Shown here: positions 10,375 to 21,819 of the stretch, piece after piece
How positions within the stretch are numbered: the stretch's first letter is position 1
How the letters are laid out: each line of letters begins with the position of its first letter
DNA from: Nitrospirota bacterium
Lineage (GTDB): Bacteria; Nitrospirota; UBA9217
Length of the DNA stretch: 64,000 nt
Direction of reading: 5' to 3'
NCBI GenBank assembly: GCA_963737155.1
Contig: CAVTRN010000001.1
Coordinates: 160,001-224,000 of the forward strand
Translations under genes and position numbers: made by a program
The notes under the pieces: model-generated
The model's database searches: none
What the model saw: the letters and a program-made list of their open reading frames with translations, nothing else
What the model was told of the DNA's origin: nothing

Positions 10375-11430
10375 CTACTCTCCGGATTGATCCTTGAACT
10401 CTTCGGGAATCACGAATTGGACTACCTTTTCCGTGCCACGGATGATCGCGATCGGGAAGCTGATGCCGACTTTTTCATGGGTCAGCAACTTGTGCAGATC
10501 GTCTATGCTGGAAACGGGCGTACCGCCAAAACCAATAATAATGTCACCCATTCGAAGCCCTGCGCGGATAGCCGGACTACCGGGCTGGATCGATACAATC
10601 ATGACGCCGCTTCCCACAGGCAGATCAAAGAAGCGTACAATCCTTCTGTGGATCTGGACATTCTGTCCACCTACACCGATCGAGCTTCGCCGCACCTTCC
10701 CATCCTTGATAAGGCTTGCTACCACGAACTTGGCTGTATTGATGCCAATGGCAAAGCATATACCCTGTGCCGGTAGAATCGCCGCGGTGTTCACGCCCAT
10801 AACTTCACCACGAGACGTAACCAGAGGGCCTCCCGAATTGCCAGGGTTAAGTGCCGCGTCAGTCTGAATCACACTATCGATGAGCCTGCCCGAATAGGAT
10901 CGGAGGGTGCGACCAAGAGCACTCACCACGCCGGCGGTTACAGTGCACTGAAAACCATAGGGATTTCCTACAGCAATAGCCAACTGACCCACCCTGATTG
11001 GCTGCGAATCGCCGAGAAGTGCGGGCTGCAGATTCGGTGCATTAATTCGTATTACCGCCAGATCGGTGTCCGGATCGTCTCCTACGAGCTGGGCTTGAAA
11101 CCGGCGTCCATCAGGGATCCCGACCATGATGTTCTCCGCGTTATGAACCACATGGCTGTTGGTAAGGATGAACCCGTCAGGTGTGAACACGAAACCCGAC
11201 CCACCGGCATTCATCTCGGGAAACTTGCGCGGACTTGAGGTCCTTCCCTTACGAGCGTACTGGACTTCGATGTTAACGACGGAGGGGTTTACTTTATCAG
11301 ATGCTGAGACAACTGCCTGCGAATAGGCATCTAGCAGTGCTTCATCGCGATCCGGGACCATCTTTGCAGTCTGCTGGCCGACGGTTCGTACTGCATCGGT
11401 CGAAATAACTTCAAGCGAGCATTCCATCAT
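10375..11430 (-). CDS. HtrA/DegP-like trypsin serine protease with one PDZ domain
   Basis: GSGF, LTNSHVV, DLAV and QTDAALNPGNSGGPL catalytic motifs; PDZ; no obvious signal peptide. Confidence 0.92.
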   Translation of the reverse strand: MMECSLEVISTDAVRTVGQQTAKMVPDRDEALLDAYSQAVVSASDKVNPSVVNIEVQYARKGRTSSPRKFPEMNAGGSGFVFTPDGFILTNSHVVHNAENIMVGIPDGRRFQAQLVGDDPDTDLAVIRINAPNLQPALLGDSQPIRVGQLAIAVGNPYGFQCTVTAGVVSALGRTLRSYSGRLIDSVIQTDAALNPGNSGGPLVTSRGEVMGVNTAAILPAQGICFAIGINTAKFVVASLIKDGKVRRSSIGVGGQNVQIHRRIVRFFDLPVGSGVMIVSIQPGSPAIRAGLRMGDIIIGFGGTPVSSIDDLHKLLTHEKVGISFPIAIIRGTEKVVQFVIPEEFKDQSGE

Positions 11431-11939
11431 TCGGCACCTCCTAAGTTCACACTATTCATACTACCACTCCTGTCAATAGGCGCAGCTAGCATTAGCTCTC
11501 AAACATATCAGGTAGTTAGGGGATAATTGCAGCCTAAATCGCCCTAGGTAAGCTGACTGGATGATCGGAGGCTACCGGTGGTCTCATCAGCGCTTTTTCC
11601 CCAGGACAAGCAAATCCTTGAACGAATGATGTCACCGCCGCACTTATCTAGCGTGCTGTACCGACCCGCTCAACAATATGGCCCTGTTACATTATTGTAA
11701 AAAATGAGTGAAACCGACTGGATTGATTTCTCGATCACTACAACTAAGAAGAAGGAAACTACGTTTAAAAACCTTGTATTACGGTCAGATTGAATATTTC
11801 AATCACATGGCCGGTGAGCTCGTCGACATCGATTAACAAATAAAGTAGTGGGCCTTTATCCGAGCAATAAGACTTTATGTTATACTGTTTGAAAATGGAT
11901 ATATTGTCCGTTTATTCTAACGTAGAAGGAGGTAGGGGT

Positions 11940-12119
11940 ATGAAGATTCAGGACATCAGGAACATTGCAAAGAAGAACGGGGTTAATGCTGGGAAAATGA
12001 ATAAGGCAGATATTATCAGGGCTATTCAGACGGCAGAAAATAACAATGCTTGTTTTGCTACATCCTCTGTTCAGACATGCGGCCAAATGGAATGCCTGTG
12101 GCGCGCAGACTGCAAATAA
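11940..12119 (+). CDS. Small SAP / Rho-N-like domain protein with Cys-rich tail
   Basis: GGAGG RBS; MKIQDIRNIAK..KADIIRAIQ..E..CF..C.Q..CLWRADC. Confidence 0.8.
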   Translation: MKIQDIRNIAKKNGVNAGKMNKADIIRAIQTAENNNACFATSSVQTCGQMECLWRADCK

Positions 12120-13046
12120 TAATCTTAATTTTCCGTCTATTTTATGCGCGATATCGAGTAAAAAAGGATGCCGAAGTGACAGCACTTCCGCCTGTATTGG
12201 TGAACCAAGGAGTGAAAGAGCAGTTTCAGCAATAAGTGAAATCCAATCATCATTGCTGGCAATCGTATTTTTTGTTGCAGGCAAATTATTGACTCTTTAC
12301 ACGTCTGCGCAATTTCAGGAGGAGTGCTATCTCTATATATCTTGAGCAATTCTTGAGATACGTTTAAAATTGTTCAATGCGGCGTGCCGTCTGTCGTGAC
12401 CGATGGGCATGCAAAGACATACATTGCTAACTCTACTTGATGTGGGTCATGAGAACTTCGCTGGGCGGTCCCTCCGAAAAGATTGGCTTTAGATTGGAGA
12501 TGTGCTGCTCCGTATCAATACGTGGAAGCTTGACAACCCCGCATAACTCTTCAGCCTTTGCCAGGAGAAAAAGTACAGAAAGCGTATTTCTATACTCCTG
12601 TACCAGAACGGAGAGAATCAAACCTTCTATTACGATATTCGTTGAATTCCTGAAGAAGCTGCGTTTTTGAAAATGACGTTTTGTTCCAGAATCCCGGTTT
12701 TACATCGAAGTTTTCTTTGTGATTCTGTTGAAGTTTCCGTTCTCTGAAACACTTAATTTTGGAACCCGGATCCGTTAACATCACCTTTAAAATTCCAATC
12801 GGTACCTGTTCGACATTACCCATTCAAAATCGCCGTGGCAGAGCGATTCAACCAATCTTATTAAGGACAAATAATCGAGGCGCTATATATTTGACTATAT
12901 GATATTTCGCGCAACCTTTGAACTTTAGGTTTACCACCATCGCCTATCCGGCGGCGATATCCATGGTCGGGTCATGAATACAGGTCCAGAATGGAACAAA
13001 ATCAGTACGCGTGAATTGAACTTTCTCAAATCCCAGGGAGGCTCTT

Positions 13047-13352
13047 ATGGCAATATACCAAATTGCTCAGTATCAAGTTAATTCGCTGGCAGTAGATAAG
13101 GTCAAGCGGGCAATTGAAGAATTTGTCCGTTATGTCAAGGCATACGAACCCGGAACCCGGTTGTATGTGGCGTGGCAGCAAAAAGATGATCCCACACGTT
13201 TCGTACACTTCTTCATTTTTGCTGATGAAGCTGCACATACTATCCATGGTGAATCAGAGGCAGTAAAACGTTTTGAGTCAATGTACTCTCCCGAGTTGGT
13301 TGGTGGAGATGTTGTCTTCACCGATTATGACTTGGTGGCTACGAATAGTTAG
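13047..13352 (+). CDS. ABM-domain monooxygenase-like protein
   Basis: GGAGG RBS; EPGTRLY..DPTRFVHFFIFADEAAHTIH. Confidence 0.8.
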   Translation: MAIYQIAQYQVNSLAVDKVKRAIEEFVRYVKAYEPGTRLYVAWQQKDDPTRFVHFFIFADEAAHTIHGESEAVKRFESMYSPELVGGDVVFTDYDLVATNS

Positions 13353-13941
13353 TGACCCGACGGGCTCAACATAAGACTGGATGGAACGACCAAGCAGCGT
13401 GATCATGCGAAGGACGGAAAATACTTAAAAAGTTTTACGACGCAGTCGTAAAAAGGACATTTATTAGCCTCGAGACTGCACCGGCTCATCATTCATGCTC
13501 CTGGACGACTGCTCATATATAATAGATATAGAACGTGAACAGACAAATTCAGTATATTTCCCTGATGCATGATACGATCATAATTCCTTGCCCGTGTCAT
13601 AAAATTTGACTATACAGACTTGTAGACGGTAAAGATAGACATAATTAAGCGGATATGTAGGATAGCCGTAGTTAAATCGTGCAGCGCATAAGACTTCCTT
13701 GTAGCCCGTATGGTTGCCCTGCCTTGAATGATAAAGATTCATTCCGGATTTGTTGGCGACTACCCCTGTGCTTTTAGTGCGGTCAAATAGATCAAACAGT
13801 GCATTCTTTTATGGTAGCATATTTCTCCTCAACAGGTATAAGTAGAACATCTATAGCCAGAAATAGACTTTGACAGGAAGTTGATTGGGAGGTTTGATTA
13901 CCCTATAGTTAAAAACTTGAAGTTGCTAAAAAAGGCCACGA

Positions 13942-15915
13942 ATGAATTCAATTATTAAGTTTTTCATAAAGACCAAGGACCTGATACTGCGATTGCTTAC
14001 CAGGATACCGTTCTTACAACCTACCCTCCGTATGCAGTATAGGCTGAGGTCTTTTATTTGCGTATCGACTTTTATCGTTTCGCTTATTAGCTTTAGCCTC
14101 GCTATAATCATAGCATTTACCGTTTACCAGGGGGTCATCGAACAGAGGGCCCGGGAGGTTTCGCACTCCCTTTCCCGGCAGGCATTTAATACTCTCTATT
14201 TACTTATGCAAAAAGGCTGGACAAGCAAGGAACTGGATGAACTCCTTGACTCCACAGCGGGAATAAAGGGGGAAACTGCATACCAGGTGGCGCTTTACAA
14301 AAATGATGGAACGCAGACAGATAATGACGTATTAAAAGTTTTGCAACGGGGCGTTGTTGTTAATAATAGCAAAGGCTTCCTGTTAATCGATATCTATCCG
14401 GTAGAGGCAAAAAAGGTTTGTTTGAAGTGTCACCGCAATGAGAGGCAGGGCAACATCTTAGCCGCAGTAAGAGTCCAGCAGGACATAGGACCAACAATTA
14501 AAGGTATTAAAAAGAAGTTTATTTTCTTGTTCTTTCTCTTGTCTCCAATCCCTTTCCTTTTGACAAGCTTCATCGCTAATTTTTTAAATTCACGGATTAT
14601 TAAAGCCACCGAGCTGTTTCATCAGAAAATTCAGGATGTCAGCAGCATTGGGGATCTTGTTAAACTCGAAACGAATAGCATTAATTTCGGTTTTGTTGAA
14701 TTCAACAATATGCTGCTTGAAATGAATAACTTTGTTGAAAGGATCAAAAATGTCGCTGTGGATAAGAATCTCCTTGAACGTGAACTTCACGAACGAAAAG
14801 CGGCAGAAAATGCACTTAAGAAAAGTGAAAACATGCTGCAGGCGATTATCGACGCTGAGCCGGCATGTGTAAAGCTCCTGGATGCAGATGCAAATCTGCT
14901 CATGATGAACAAGGGATGTTTATCAATGATCCAGGTGGATTCACTGAATCAGGTCAAGGGCAAAAGTTTCCTCCCCTTGGTCACTGAAGAACATAGGAAT
15001 GCCTTCAAAAAATTGGTAGAACAGGTATTAAACGGCGAGTCCGAAACGCTGATATTTAAGATAGTCGGGATAAAAGGCAGGCATCTGTGGCTGGAAACCC
15101 ATGCCGTCCCTTTTCAAAATGAGAATGACGAAATAGTCGCTTTGCTTGGCGTTACACGGGATATTACCGAGAGAAAGGAGGCGGAGGCGGACATCCTGAG
15201 ATTGAGCGAAGACTTGACAACGCGCAACATGGAACTGGAATTCGCAAACAAGGAGATGGAGTCCTTCGTCTACTCGGTATCCCATGATCTGCGAGCCCCG
15301 CTCCGCATCATGTCCAGTTTTTCCAAAATCCTCATCGAGGACTACGTCAACAAGCCGGAAAACCAGCAGAAAGACTACTTAACACGCATAACCAAAGCCG
15401 CGGAGAAAATGACCGAACTCATTGAAGACCTGCTGCGCCTTTCGCGGATTTCAAAGCAGGACATGGACCGGATGGACTCTGATCTCAGCATGATGGCTTC
15501 CATGATCCTCACTGATCTTCGCGAGGCGGAGCCCGGCAGAAACGTCGAAGTCGCTATCGCCGAAGGCTTGCGCGCATCCGTGGATCCGAGCCTGATCAGG
15601 GTCGCGCTTACGAACCTGATTGAAAACTCCTGGAAATTTACCTCGAAAACGACGAATGCCCGCATTGAATTCAGCGCCTTCGAAAAGGATGGGAAGACCG
15701 TCTACTATGTCAGGGACAACGGCGCCGGATTCGATCCTTCCCATGTCGGGAGGATGTTTCTGCCATTCCAGCGGCTCCATTCCGAAATGGAGTTTGAGGG
15801 TACGGGAATCGGTCTTGCCATCGTTGAACGCATCATCCACCGCCACGGCGGCCAAGTCTGGGCAGAGGGGGAAGTCGGGAAAGGGACAACCGTGTATTTC
15901 ACGCTGGAAGTATAA
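13942..15915 (+). CDS. Membrane sensor histidine kinase with periplasmic CxxCH and cytoplasmic PAS
   Basis: Two TM segments flanking CLKCH; PAS; H-box SVSHDLRAPL; DNGAGF and GTGIGL boxes; true start may be downstream. Confidence 0.9.
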   Translation: MNSIIKFFIKTKDLILRLLTRIPFLQPTLRMQYRLRSFICVSTFIVSLISFSLAIIIAFTVYQGVIEQRAREVSHSLSRQAFNTLYLLMQKGWTSKELDELLDSTAGIKGETAYQVALYKNDGTQTDNDVLKVLQRGVVVNNSKGFLLIDIYPVEAKKVCLKCHRNERQGNILAAVRVQQDIGPTIKGIKKKFIFLFFLLSPIPFLLTSFIANFLNSRIIKATELFHQKIQDVSSIGDLVKLETNSINFGFVEFNNMLLEMNNFVERIKNVAVDKNLLERELHERKAAENALKKSENMLQAIIDAEPACVKLLDADANLLMMNKGCLSMIQVDSLNQVKGKSFLPLVTEEHRNAFKKLVEQVLNGESETLIFKIVGIKGRHLWLETHAVPFQNENDEIVALLGVTRDITERKEAEADILRLSEDLTTRNMELEFANKEMESFVYSVSHDLRAPLRIMSSFSKILIEDYVNKPENQQKDYLTRITKAAEKMTELIEDLLRLSRISKQDMDRMDSDLSMMASMILTDLREAEPGRNVEVAIAEGLRASVDPSLIRVALTNLIENSWKFTSKTTNARIEFSAFEKDGKTVYYVRDNGAGFDPSHVGRMFLPFQRLHSEMEFEGTGIGLAIVERIIHRHGGQVWAEGEVGKGTTVYFTLEV

Positions 15916-16033
15916 TACAAGAACTGAATGATAAATGAAGTGCATGATGCCAATATTTTCACTACCCGCCGACAGTCCTCGCCAAGTCAAAGATACATAG
16001 GGAACTTGCCATACATATGGTATATAACTAAGA

Positions 16034-16064
16034 GTAGGCCTTCCGGAATTACCGGAAGGCCTAC
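16034..16064. terminator. Hairpin between convergent genes
   Basis: Perfect 13-bp stem GTAGGCCTTCCGG/CCGGAAGGCCTAC. Confidence 0.7.
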
Positions 16065-16072
16065 GGAATCCG

Positions 16073-17746
16073 CTACCACAAGGGCAGCATCTGTATGTTC
16101 ACAGTATCATCACCAGTTTGCAAATCAGCGATCTGAGGTATTGCTATCGCTCTATAAGTGCCGCTGGGATCCGTTGATAACCAACCATCTGCATCGATAC
16201 CGTAGAACGCACCGGGGAGCGGCGTCCCTGCCGAACCGCCTGGAAGGTTGAATATCGTATAAGTTCCGCCACTGACCATTTGAGAATCTACTCTGATAGC
16301 ATCTATAATCATGCCTCCATTAACCGCATAAAGAAGTCCGCTATCCATCTTCCCGGTCATCTTGGTGTTCATTGCCGTGGTAGTGCCCAAAGTAATAAGG
16401 CCACTGACACTGTTACCAGAATAGTTCGATATGACAGTAAGTGGTGTAGTAAACGCGACTGTCGTCGTTGCCGAAGTGACCATGTCAGGGGCGCTCCGGT
16501 CGAAGAGGGTGGCTCCGGCAATAGCCTGATAGCCGCCAACTTCTTCCACAGGCGTCGTGGCAGTGAGGGTAGACACGACGCCGCTGCTCAGGTAGTTGCC
16601 GATCTGAAGTTGATCATCGTTAAGCATAAAGGTTTGATGGAATCCACCCCACAAGGGGTTGAAATGCCTGAACCGAATCTCGTAAGGATACTCCCCGGGA
16701 GCCTGCAGCGTCTGATAGAATTGCACCCATGCGCCGGTCGGTGAAGCAATGGTTCCCGCGACTGCGTAGTCCGGGCTTGAGGACGGAGACATCTCGATGG
16801 TCCCGAGGTCCGTGGCGTTGCCGTTCATCGGGGTCGCTCCCTTCGTGATTGGGACTCCCTTGATGATTACTGTCTGCTTGTTCAGGCCACGAACAACCAC
16901 ATCCCAAGTGGTCGTTACCAGTGTCGATACAGGATACAGGATGAACGAGCCGTCAGTGTTGGGAACGGTCCAGCGTCTTATCACGTGATAGGTGCTCGTG
17001 CTGCCAGAAACAAGCATTTCCTGGGCAGTGGCGAGACGCTCCGCCTTGATCACGTAGTTGGACGTTGTGGTGAACGTACCGGTGGTTGAGAGCGAACCAA
17101 CTATGGCGCCTGCATTATCGAGATCGTAGTAGTTAAGAATTGGCTTCAAAACATAATCCGTCGGTACATGATTTTTATTTTCATGGAACTCTACAACATC
17201 GTGTCCGGCGTCAAAATCAATGGCAAGTTTGAGCGTGCCTCCCGCCGTCACACCAAACGCACCGAGCAGCTGTATGCCATGGTCTGCGTCCGGAATACAA
17301 AGCGGATAGGTCGTTGAACCTATGACCACTTCATTATAATAGTTATGACCCGTTGGTGGATCTGCGGTAAAGGTCGGCACAAGGAGCATCCTGATCTGCT
17401 CATAGTTCCCGACGGGAAGCTGGATATTGTTCCAAATGGACTGCATGTTTCCATTCGCGAGGGTCAAAAGATCGATGGTCACCGGTGCCGCAAGCGTGAA
17501 CTTGTGCCAGCCAGCAGCACGAGGGTCGGCTCCAGCGTTAGTATTGAACCATACGGCTGCTACGGTGATATACACGTGATCAAAATCTCCAGGTGCATCC
17601 GTTACAGCAACATTCATCGCACCCTGTTGCTGCTGGGTCACAACACCGCCGGAATCAGTGCTTCCGGTGCTACCACACGCAGACAGAAATAGCGAAAGTC
17701 CAAAAACTACTACCACAACCAATGCATGCAATCTTAACCGTTTCAT
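16073..17746 (-). CDS. DUF4382-domain lipoprotein
   Basis: Lipobox LSAC; VAVTDAP..DHVYITV..IDLLTL..GNYEQIRM..IDFD..YVLKP; Thr/Ser/Gly-rich C-terminus. Confidence 0.8.
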   Translation of the reverse strand: MKRLRLHALVVVVVFGLSLFLSACGSTGSTDSGGVVTQQQQGAMNVAVTDAPGDFDHVYITVAAVWFNTNAGADPRAAGWHKFTLAAPVTIDLLTLANGNMQSIWNNIQLPVGNYEQIRMLLVPTFTADPPTGHNYYNEVVIGSTTYPLCIPDADHGIQLLGAFGVTAGGTLKLAIDFDAGHDVVEFHENKNHVPTDYVLKPILNYYDLDNAGAIVGSLSTTGTFTTTSNYVIKAERLATAQEMLVSGSTSTYHVIRRWTVPNTDGSFILYPVSTLVTTTWDVVVRGLNKQTVIIKGVPITKGATPMNGNATDLGTIEMSPSSSPDYAVAGTIASPTGAWVQFYQTLQAPGEYPYEIRFRHFNPLWGGFHQTFMLNDDQLQIGNYLSSGVVSTLTATTPVEEVGGYQAIAGATLFDRSAPDMVTSATTTVAFTTPLTVISNYSGNSVSGLITLGTTTAMNTKMTGKMDSGLLYAVNGGMIIDAIRVDSQMVSGGTYTIFNLPGGSAGTPLPGAFYGIDADGWLSTDPSGTYRAIAIPQIADLQTGDDTVNIQMLPLW

Positions 17747-17911
17747 TTAAACCCTCCTGAGTTAATGTTCTGAAACTAGATAGAGCTGCGGAGTCGCTCT
17801 GACACAAACATCCTTTATATACGCCGCCATTTAAAAACCAATATACGTGTTTTCATTTATTTCTCCGACATTCTAGATAAAGAGACCATCCAGATGTCCG
17901 GCTTGACCCCT

Positions 17912-18284
17912 GTGCGGACTTCGACCTTTTATCCAAAGTCATATGGCAAACTGTAATGGTTCAGTAAAACGCTCAAAAGAGCATTCATCCACCCGTAAAC
18001 GCCGCTTTCTCCTGGCGACGCTGGGAGAATTGTGGCAGAGTACATCGCGAGCATTACAATACTATTCGGCTTCACATCGCCATTGGCTACATCACGTCGC
18101 CAGACAACCTGAACGACACGGACAAAGAAATTATCAAAGAACGGGATCAAGAAAGCTTGAAGCTGCCCGGGAACAACGGAGAATCAGGAGACAGCAGGCA
18201 CACCAGAAAAACGCCATACCCTGAGCGTTCGCATATTCCATAAATCAAACGCCTGCCTAGTCCATTTCCGACTAAGGCAAAACA
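17912..18284 (+). mobile_element. Degraded IS3-like transposase 3' end with right terminus
   Basis: Broken frames read VRTSTFYPKSYGKL*..TPLS..RIVAEYI/HYNTIRLHIAIGYIT..KEIIKERD/KLEAAREQRR; ends in TCCATTTCCGACTAAGGCAAAACA. Confidence 0.75.
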
Positions 18285-18990
18285 TAAGCTTACTTAAAGT
18301 GCGTTGTATGGGTTCATCATTTAGCCAATATACTTATCGGTATTATAGGCGATGGACTTTAATGACCAACAGAAAACGGACATGAGTAATCATTGACCCA
18401 AATGTGCCAAGACATCGTTGATGCTGTACAAATTTCGCAAAATCAATGCCACTACACATCATTAATATTATCAATATGTTATCGATTACTTATGGGCTGA
18501 TTCGATCTGGACAAAATTGAGCTTATCCGAGCCATTCAAACGACTGAAGGAATCGTGATTGGCTTTAGAACCCCATGTTTAAAAATGCAGTCAACCCTAA
18601 TGCATGTGGCTTGAGGAGCAAAAACCCATGCACAAAGCCCATGCACGTCGTTGACATCGCGCTGAATCAGGCATATATTTGTGTCAGGATATGTATTACC
18701 ATGAGGCTACAATTTGTTAACCATCCCGCAGAAATAAGATTCGTCTTTCTCTTTCCACCTGGGTATCTGCCTGAGGAAAATAAAAGCGGCCGAGGCGGAA
18801 ACCGCATGCGGGGATCATCTTTTTTTAACAGTGGGGAAGTGCATCGAAGAGGCATAGATCAGTTACTCTGTCTTGAGGACTCCTTGATGACTTTGAAGGG
18901 CCAAATTAAAGTTACTATAGGTGGATTAAACATTCAAAAACAGCCCCGGAGGGGGCGTTTCAAACCGCATTTCAGCGGGAGGTTCCAAGC

Positions 18991-19743
18991 ATGATGAGAA
19001 CATCAAACCCTGCATTGAACAACGCAAGCTTTTCTGGATTCAGGAGTACATCCCCCACTACAGAATCCATGACTATCCAGGGCACGGTGAACAAGTCCCT
19101 GGTCCTTCTAGTGCTGCTTTCTCTTTCCGCAGCCTGGATGTGGCGGGCCTATTTGATCAGCCATGACCTGGGAGCGGTCACCCCATGGCTTTTTGTTGGC
19201 GGCATAGGCGGGTTTATCGTTGCCTTAATCACGGTTTTCAAAAAGACCTGGTCGCCGGTCACGGCGCCGATCTATGCCGTGCTTGAAGGCCTAGTGCTTG
19301 GCGGTATCTCGTCAATCTTCGAAGCCAGATACCCAGGCATCGTAATCCAAGCAGTGGGGCTCACCTTTGGCACGCTTTTCGGCTTGCTCCTAGCCTATAA
19401 GTCAGGCCTCATCCGCGCCACGGAGAAATTCAAGCTCGGCGTGGTCGCGGCAACGGGCGGAATCGCGCTGTTTTATATCATCACCATGGTTCTCGGGTTC
19501 TTCAATATCCATATCCCTTATATTTACGAAAACGGCTTGATCGGTATCGGCTTCAGCCTCTTTGTTGTGGTCATTGCGGCGCTGAACCTAGTGCTCGATT
19601 TCGACTTCATCGAGCAGGGTGCGGCCCATGGCGCGCCTAGGTATATGGAGTGGTACGGCGCCTTCGGCCTTATGGTCACGCTCATATGGCTCTATCTGGA
19701 AATCCTGCGGCTGCTCTCGAAGATGAGAAGCAGGAGGGATTGA
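18991..19743 (+). CDS. Bax inhibitor-1/YccA family membrane protein
   Basis: RTSNPAL start; MTIQGTVNK, LVLDFDFIE and EWYGAFGLMVTLIWLYLEILRLL motifs. Confidence 0.92.
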   Translation: MMRTSNPALNNASFSGFRSTSPTTESMTIQGTVNKSLVLLVLLSLSAAWMWRAYLISHDLGAVTPWLFVGGIGGFIVALITVFKKTWSPVTAPIYAVLEGLVLGGISSIFEARYPGIVIQAVGLTFGTLFGLLLAYKSGLIRATEKFKLGVVAATGGIALFYIITMVLGFFNIHIPYIYENGLIGIGFSLFVVVIAALNLVLDFDFIEQGAAHGAPRYMEWYGAFGLMVTLIWLYLEILRLLSKMRSRRD

Positions 19744-19977
19744 GAGAAATGATATGGTAACGAATCCTTCCCTGAAGTTTATTGCAGTTTCCATTCTTTG
19801 CATCGCATAAAGTTCCAGCCCAAGTTCGTCGACATTATACGGTGCTCATAAAATATCCGGATATTTCCAAAATCCCTTGACTGAAAATAACCATTCTGGG
19901 ATACATTTCCCATCCACTTTGTTAAATCGTTTTACACAGAATAAAGCTATCGGAAGAAAAAACCAAAATACATTAAA

Positions 19978-20715
19978 ATGAGTGACCGTAATCATTTAAA
20001 TTGGAGCGTGCCTATAGAATTCTCAGGGAGCGATTATCGAAGTCGCTTTGCACAGATGGTAGGGCTATGTATTGCACTGTTTGCACTCTTACCTCAGCTA
20101 AGCTATTCGTCTTCATGGTACTCTGTTGAGAACACGACAGATGGGATTCAGATTTTTAGGAAAGAAGTAAACGGAACCGGGCTGATTGCGTTTCGGGGAA
20201 TCGGAGTCGTCGACACGCCATTGCCCATAGTAGCGACGGTCATATTTGATACCGACAAGCGGCGGGAGTGGATTGAAGGCCTCGTCGCTTCAAGAATCAT
20301 CCATTGGGAAAACAAGGACAACTTCATTGAATACGACCATATTGGAATGCCATTCTTTATGAAGGACCGTGATTTTGTATCGAAAGTTACAATGAGCTTC
20401 GATCAGTCTAAGAAGGTGCTGGTTTTCCATTATCGGCCATCGGACGATCCCTCTGTTCCGCATACCAACTACATTCGTGGCGAACTGATCGACGCAACCT
20501 TTATCCTGAGTTCTATCGATAATGATAAACAGACTAAGGTCGATGCAGAGTTTCTTTGTGACCCGAAAGGATGGATTCCGAAATGGCTCGTTAACTTTTT
20601 CCTTAAAGACTGGCCGAAATCAACTTTCAGAAATTTGCGAAAGGAGGTTCTGAAAGACCTCTCAGTTGACACGCATTTCTCCAAGTTGCTTAAGCATGGG
20701 ACAATCGACCCGTAA
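19978..20715 (+). CDS. START-domain lipid-binding protein, probably exported
   Basis: DGIQIF, PFFMKDRDFV and DPKGWIPKWLVN motifs; hydrophobic N-terminal segment. Confidence 0.85.
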   Translation: MSDRNHLNWSVPIEFSGSDYRSRFAQMVGLCIALFALLPQLSYSSSWYSVENTTDGIQIFRKEVNGTGLIAFRGIGVVDTPLPIVATVIFDTDKRREWIEGLVASRIIHWENKDNFIEYDHIGMPFFMKDRDFVSKVTMSFDQSKKVLVFHYRPSDDPSVPHTNYIRGELIDATFILSSIDNDKQTKVDAEFLCDPKGWIPKWLVNFFLKDWPKSTFRNLRKEVLKDLSVDTHFSKLLKHGTIDP

Positions 20716-21074
20716 AAAATCTATATGATTATCAACTATCTCGCAGTTTACGATCGGCGCAGACGGTTCATGATGCCCATGACGATGGCCATGATCTGGC
20801 GAGGACGGATCCCACCTTCGTCATCACCGTAGGCGGCTATCAAGTAGCTGAAATTTGTTTTTATTCAATTTTTAAAGTAAATTATTTCCAATAAACTAAA
20901 ACTGTGATAGGCTTTTAATATATTTTCAGATTGCCGTGTTACATTATCGATGGTCATTAGCTACCACTCTTACTGGATTTCTGAGTTCGCGGGACGGTTT
21001 CCATCTCCATCATAACTGTTCAGAAGCATTGGAAGACAGGAGACATAAGTCGAATCCTTAATTCAAAAGAAGAG

Positions 21075-21581
21075 GTGCTTCTCCTTATGTGGGTCAGACA
21101 ATTTTCGGAATGTGGTTCCATGATGCGATTGCGCAAGGTGATGAACTTATCGAGTACTTTCCTAATGGTTTTACTCGTAACCTACTTCTATTTACTTCAA
21201 AGCGCGGCAGTGTACGGTCAAGAGTGGATGTCACGGGAGTCTATAGCACTTACACCCTTAATGCCTGCTCCCTACCCGACGCCACCCTCACCCTACCCAG
21301 CACCTACTCCCTACCCGGCGATACCCGCGCCCTCCTACCCGACACCTGCACCTTACCCCACTATGCCCGAGCCCAACCCGCCAACACCCGCGCCCTCCCC
21401 GGCACCTGCACCCTACCCGCCTGCGCCCGAACCAAACCCGACTACACCCGCGCCCTATCCAGCGCCTGCTCCCTACCCGACGACGCCCGAACCAAATCCG
21501 ACTACACCCGCGCCCTACCCGACACCTACTCCCTACCCGATACCTGCTCCTGCCCCAGAACCTGGCTTGGATGGCTCTTAG
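21075..21581 (+). CDS. Exported proline-rich repeat protein (PAPYP / PEPNP repeats)
   Basis: Signal-like segment followed by about 100 aa of repeats; Pro codons vary at the wobble position in this frame; start uncertain. Confidence 0.6.
   Translation: MLLLMWVRQFSECGSMMRLRKVMNLSSTFLMVLLVTYFYLLQSAAVYGQEWMSRESIALTPLMPAPYPTPPSPYPAPTPYPAIPAPSYPTPAPYPTMPEPNPPTPAPSPAPAPYPPAPEPNPTTPAPYPAPAPYPTTPEPNPTTPAPYPTPTPYPIPAPAPEPGLDGS
21264..21563 (+). repeat. Degenerate tandem coding repeats
   Basis: Recurrent CCCTACCCG and CCCGAACCAAA(C/T)CCGACTACACCCGCGCCCTA units. Confidence 0.85.
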
Positions 21582-21819
21582 TATGGAACAGCGAGTTGAG
21601 ACGCGCTATAACTTCTTCAAGTAACCATTGCGAGCGACGCGAAACAAGGTTATTTCGATACCCTGATCTTTGTTTGATGAAGGACCAATGGCACAGGAAC
21701 CTATGACCCCTACTATGTGCTAACCCAACAGGCCGGGGAATTACTGCTAGCGCGGATGCACGACACGCCTGGACTTGTCGCCACCGAACCGGAAAACGTA
21801 CGAAATTACTATATGGCCT

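Noticed and set aside
12433-12823. Two overlapping minus-strand ORFs as a frameshifted gene
   Set aside because: Possibly a remnant, but no family can be supported from the sequence
18575-18994. 139-aa ORF or riboswitch upstream of the YccA-family gene
   Set aside because: No protein motif, RBS or recognisable riboswitch consensus
21089-21706. Alternative 205-aa frame over the Pro-rich repeats
   Set aside because: Repeat variation falls on wobble positions of the 21075 frame, so this frame is probably a shadow
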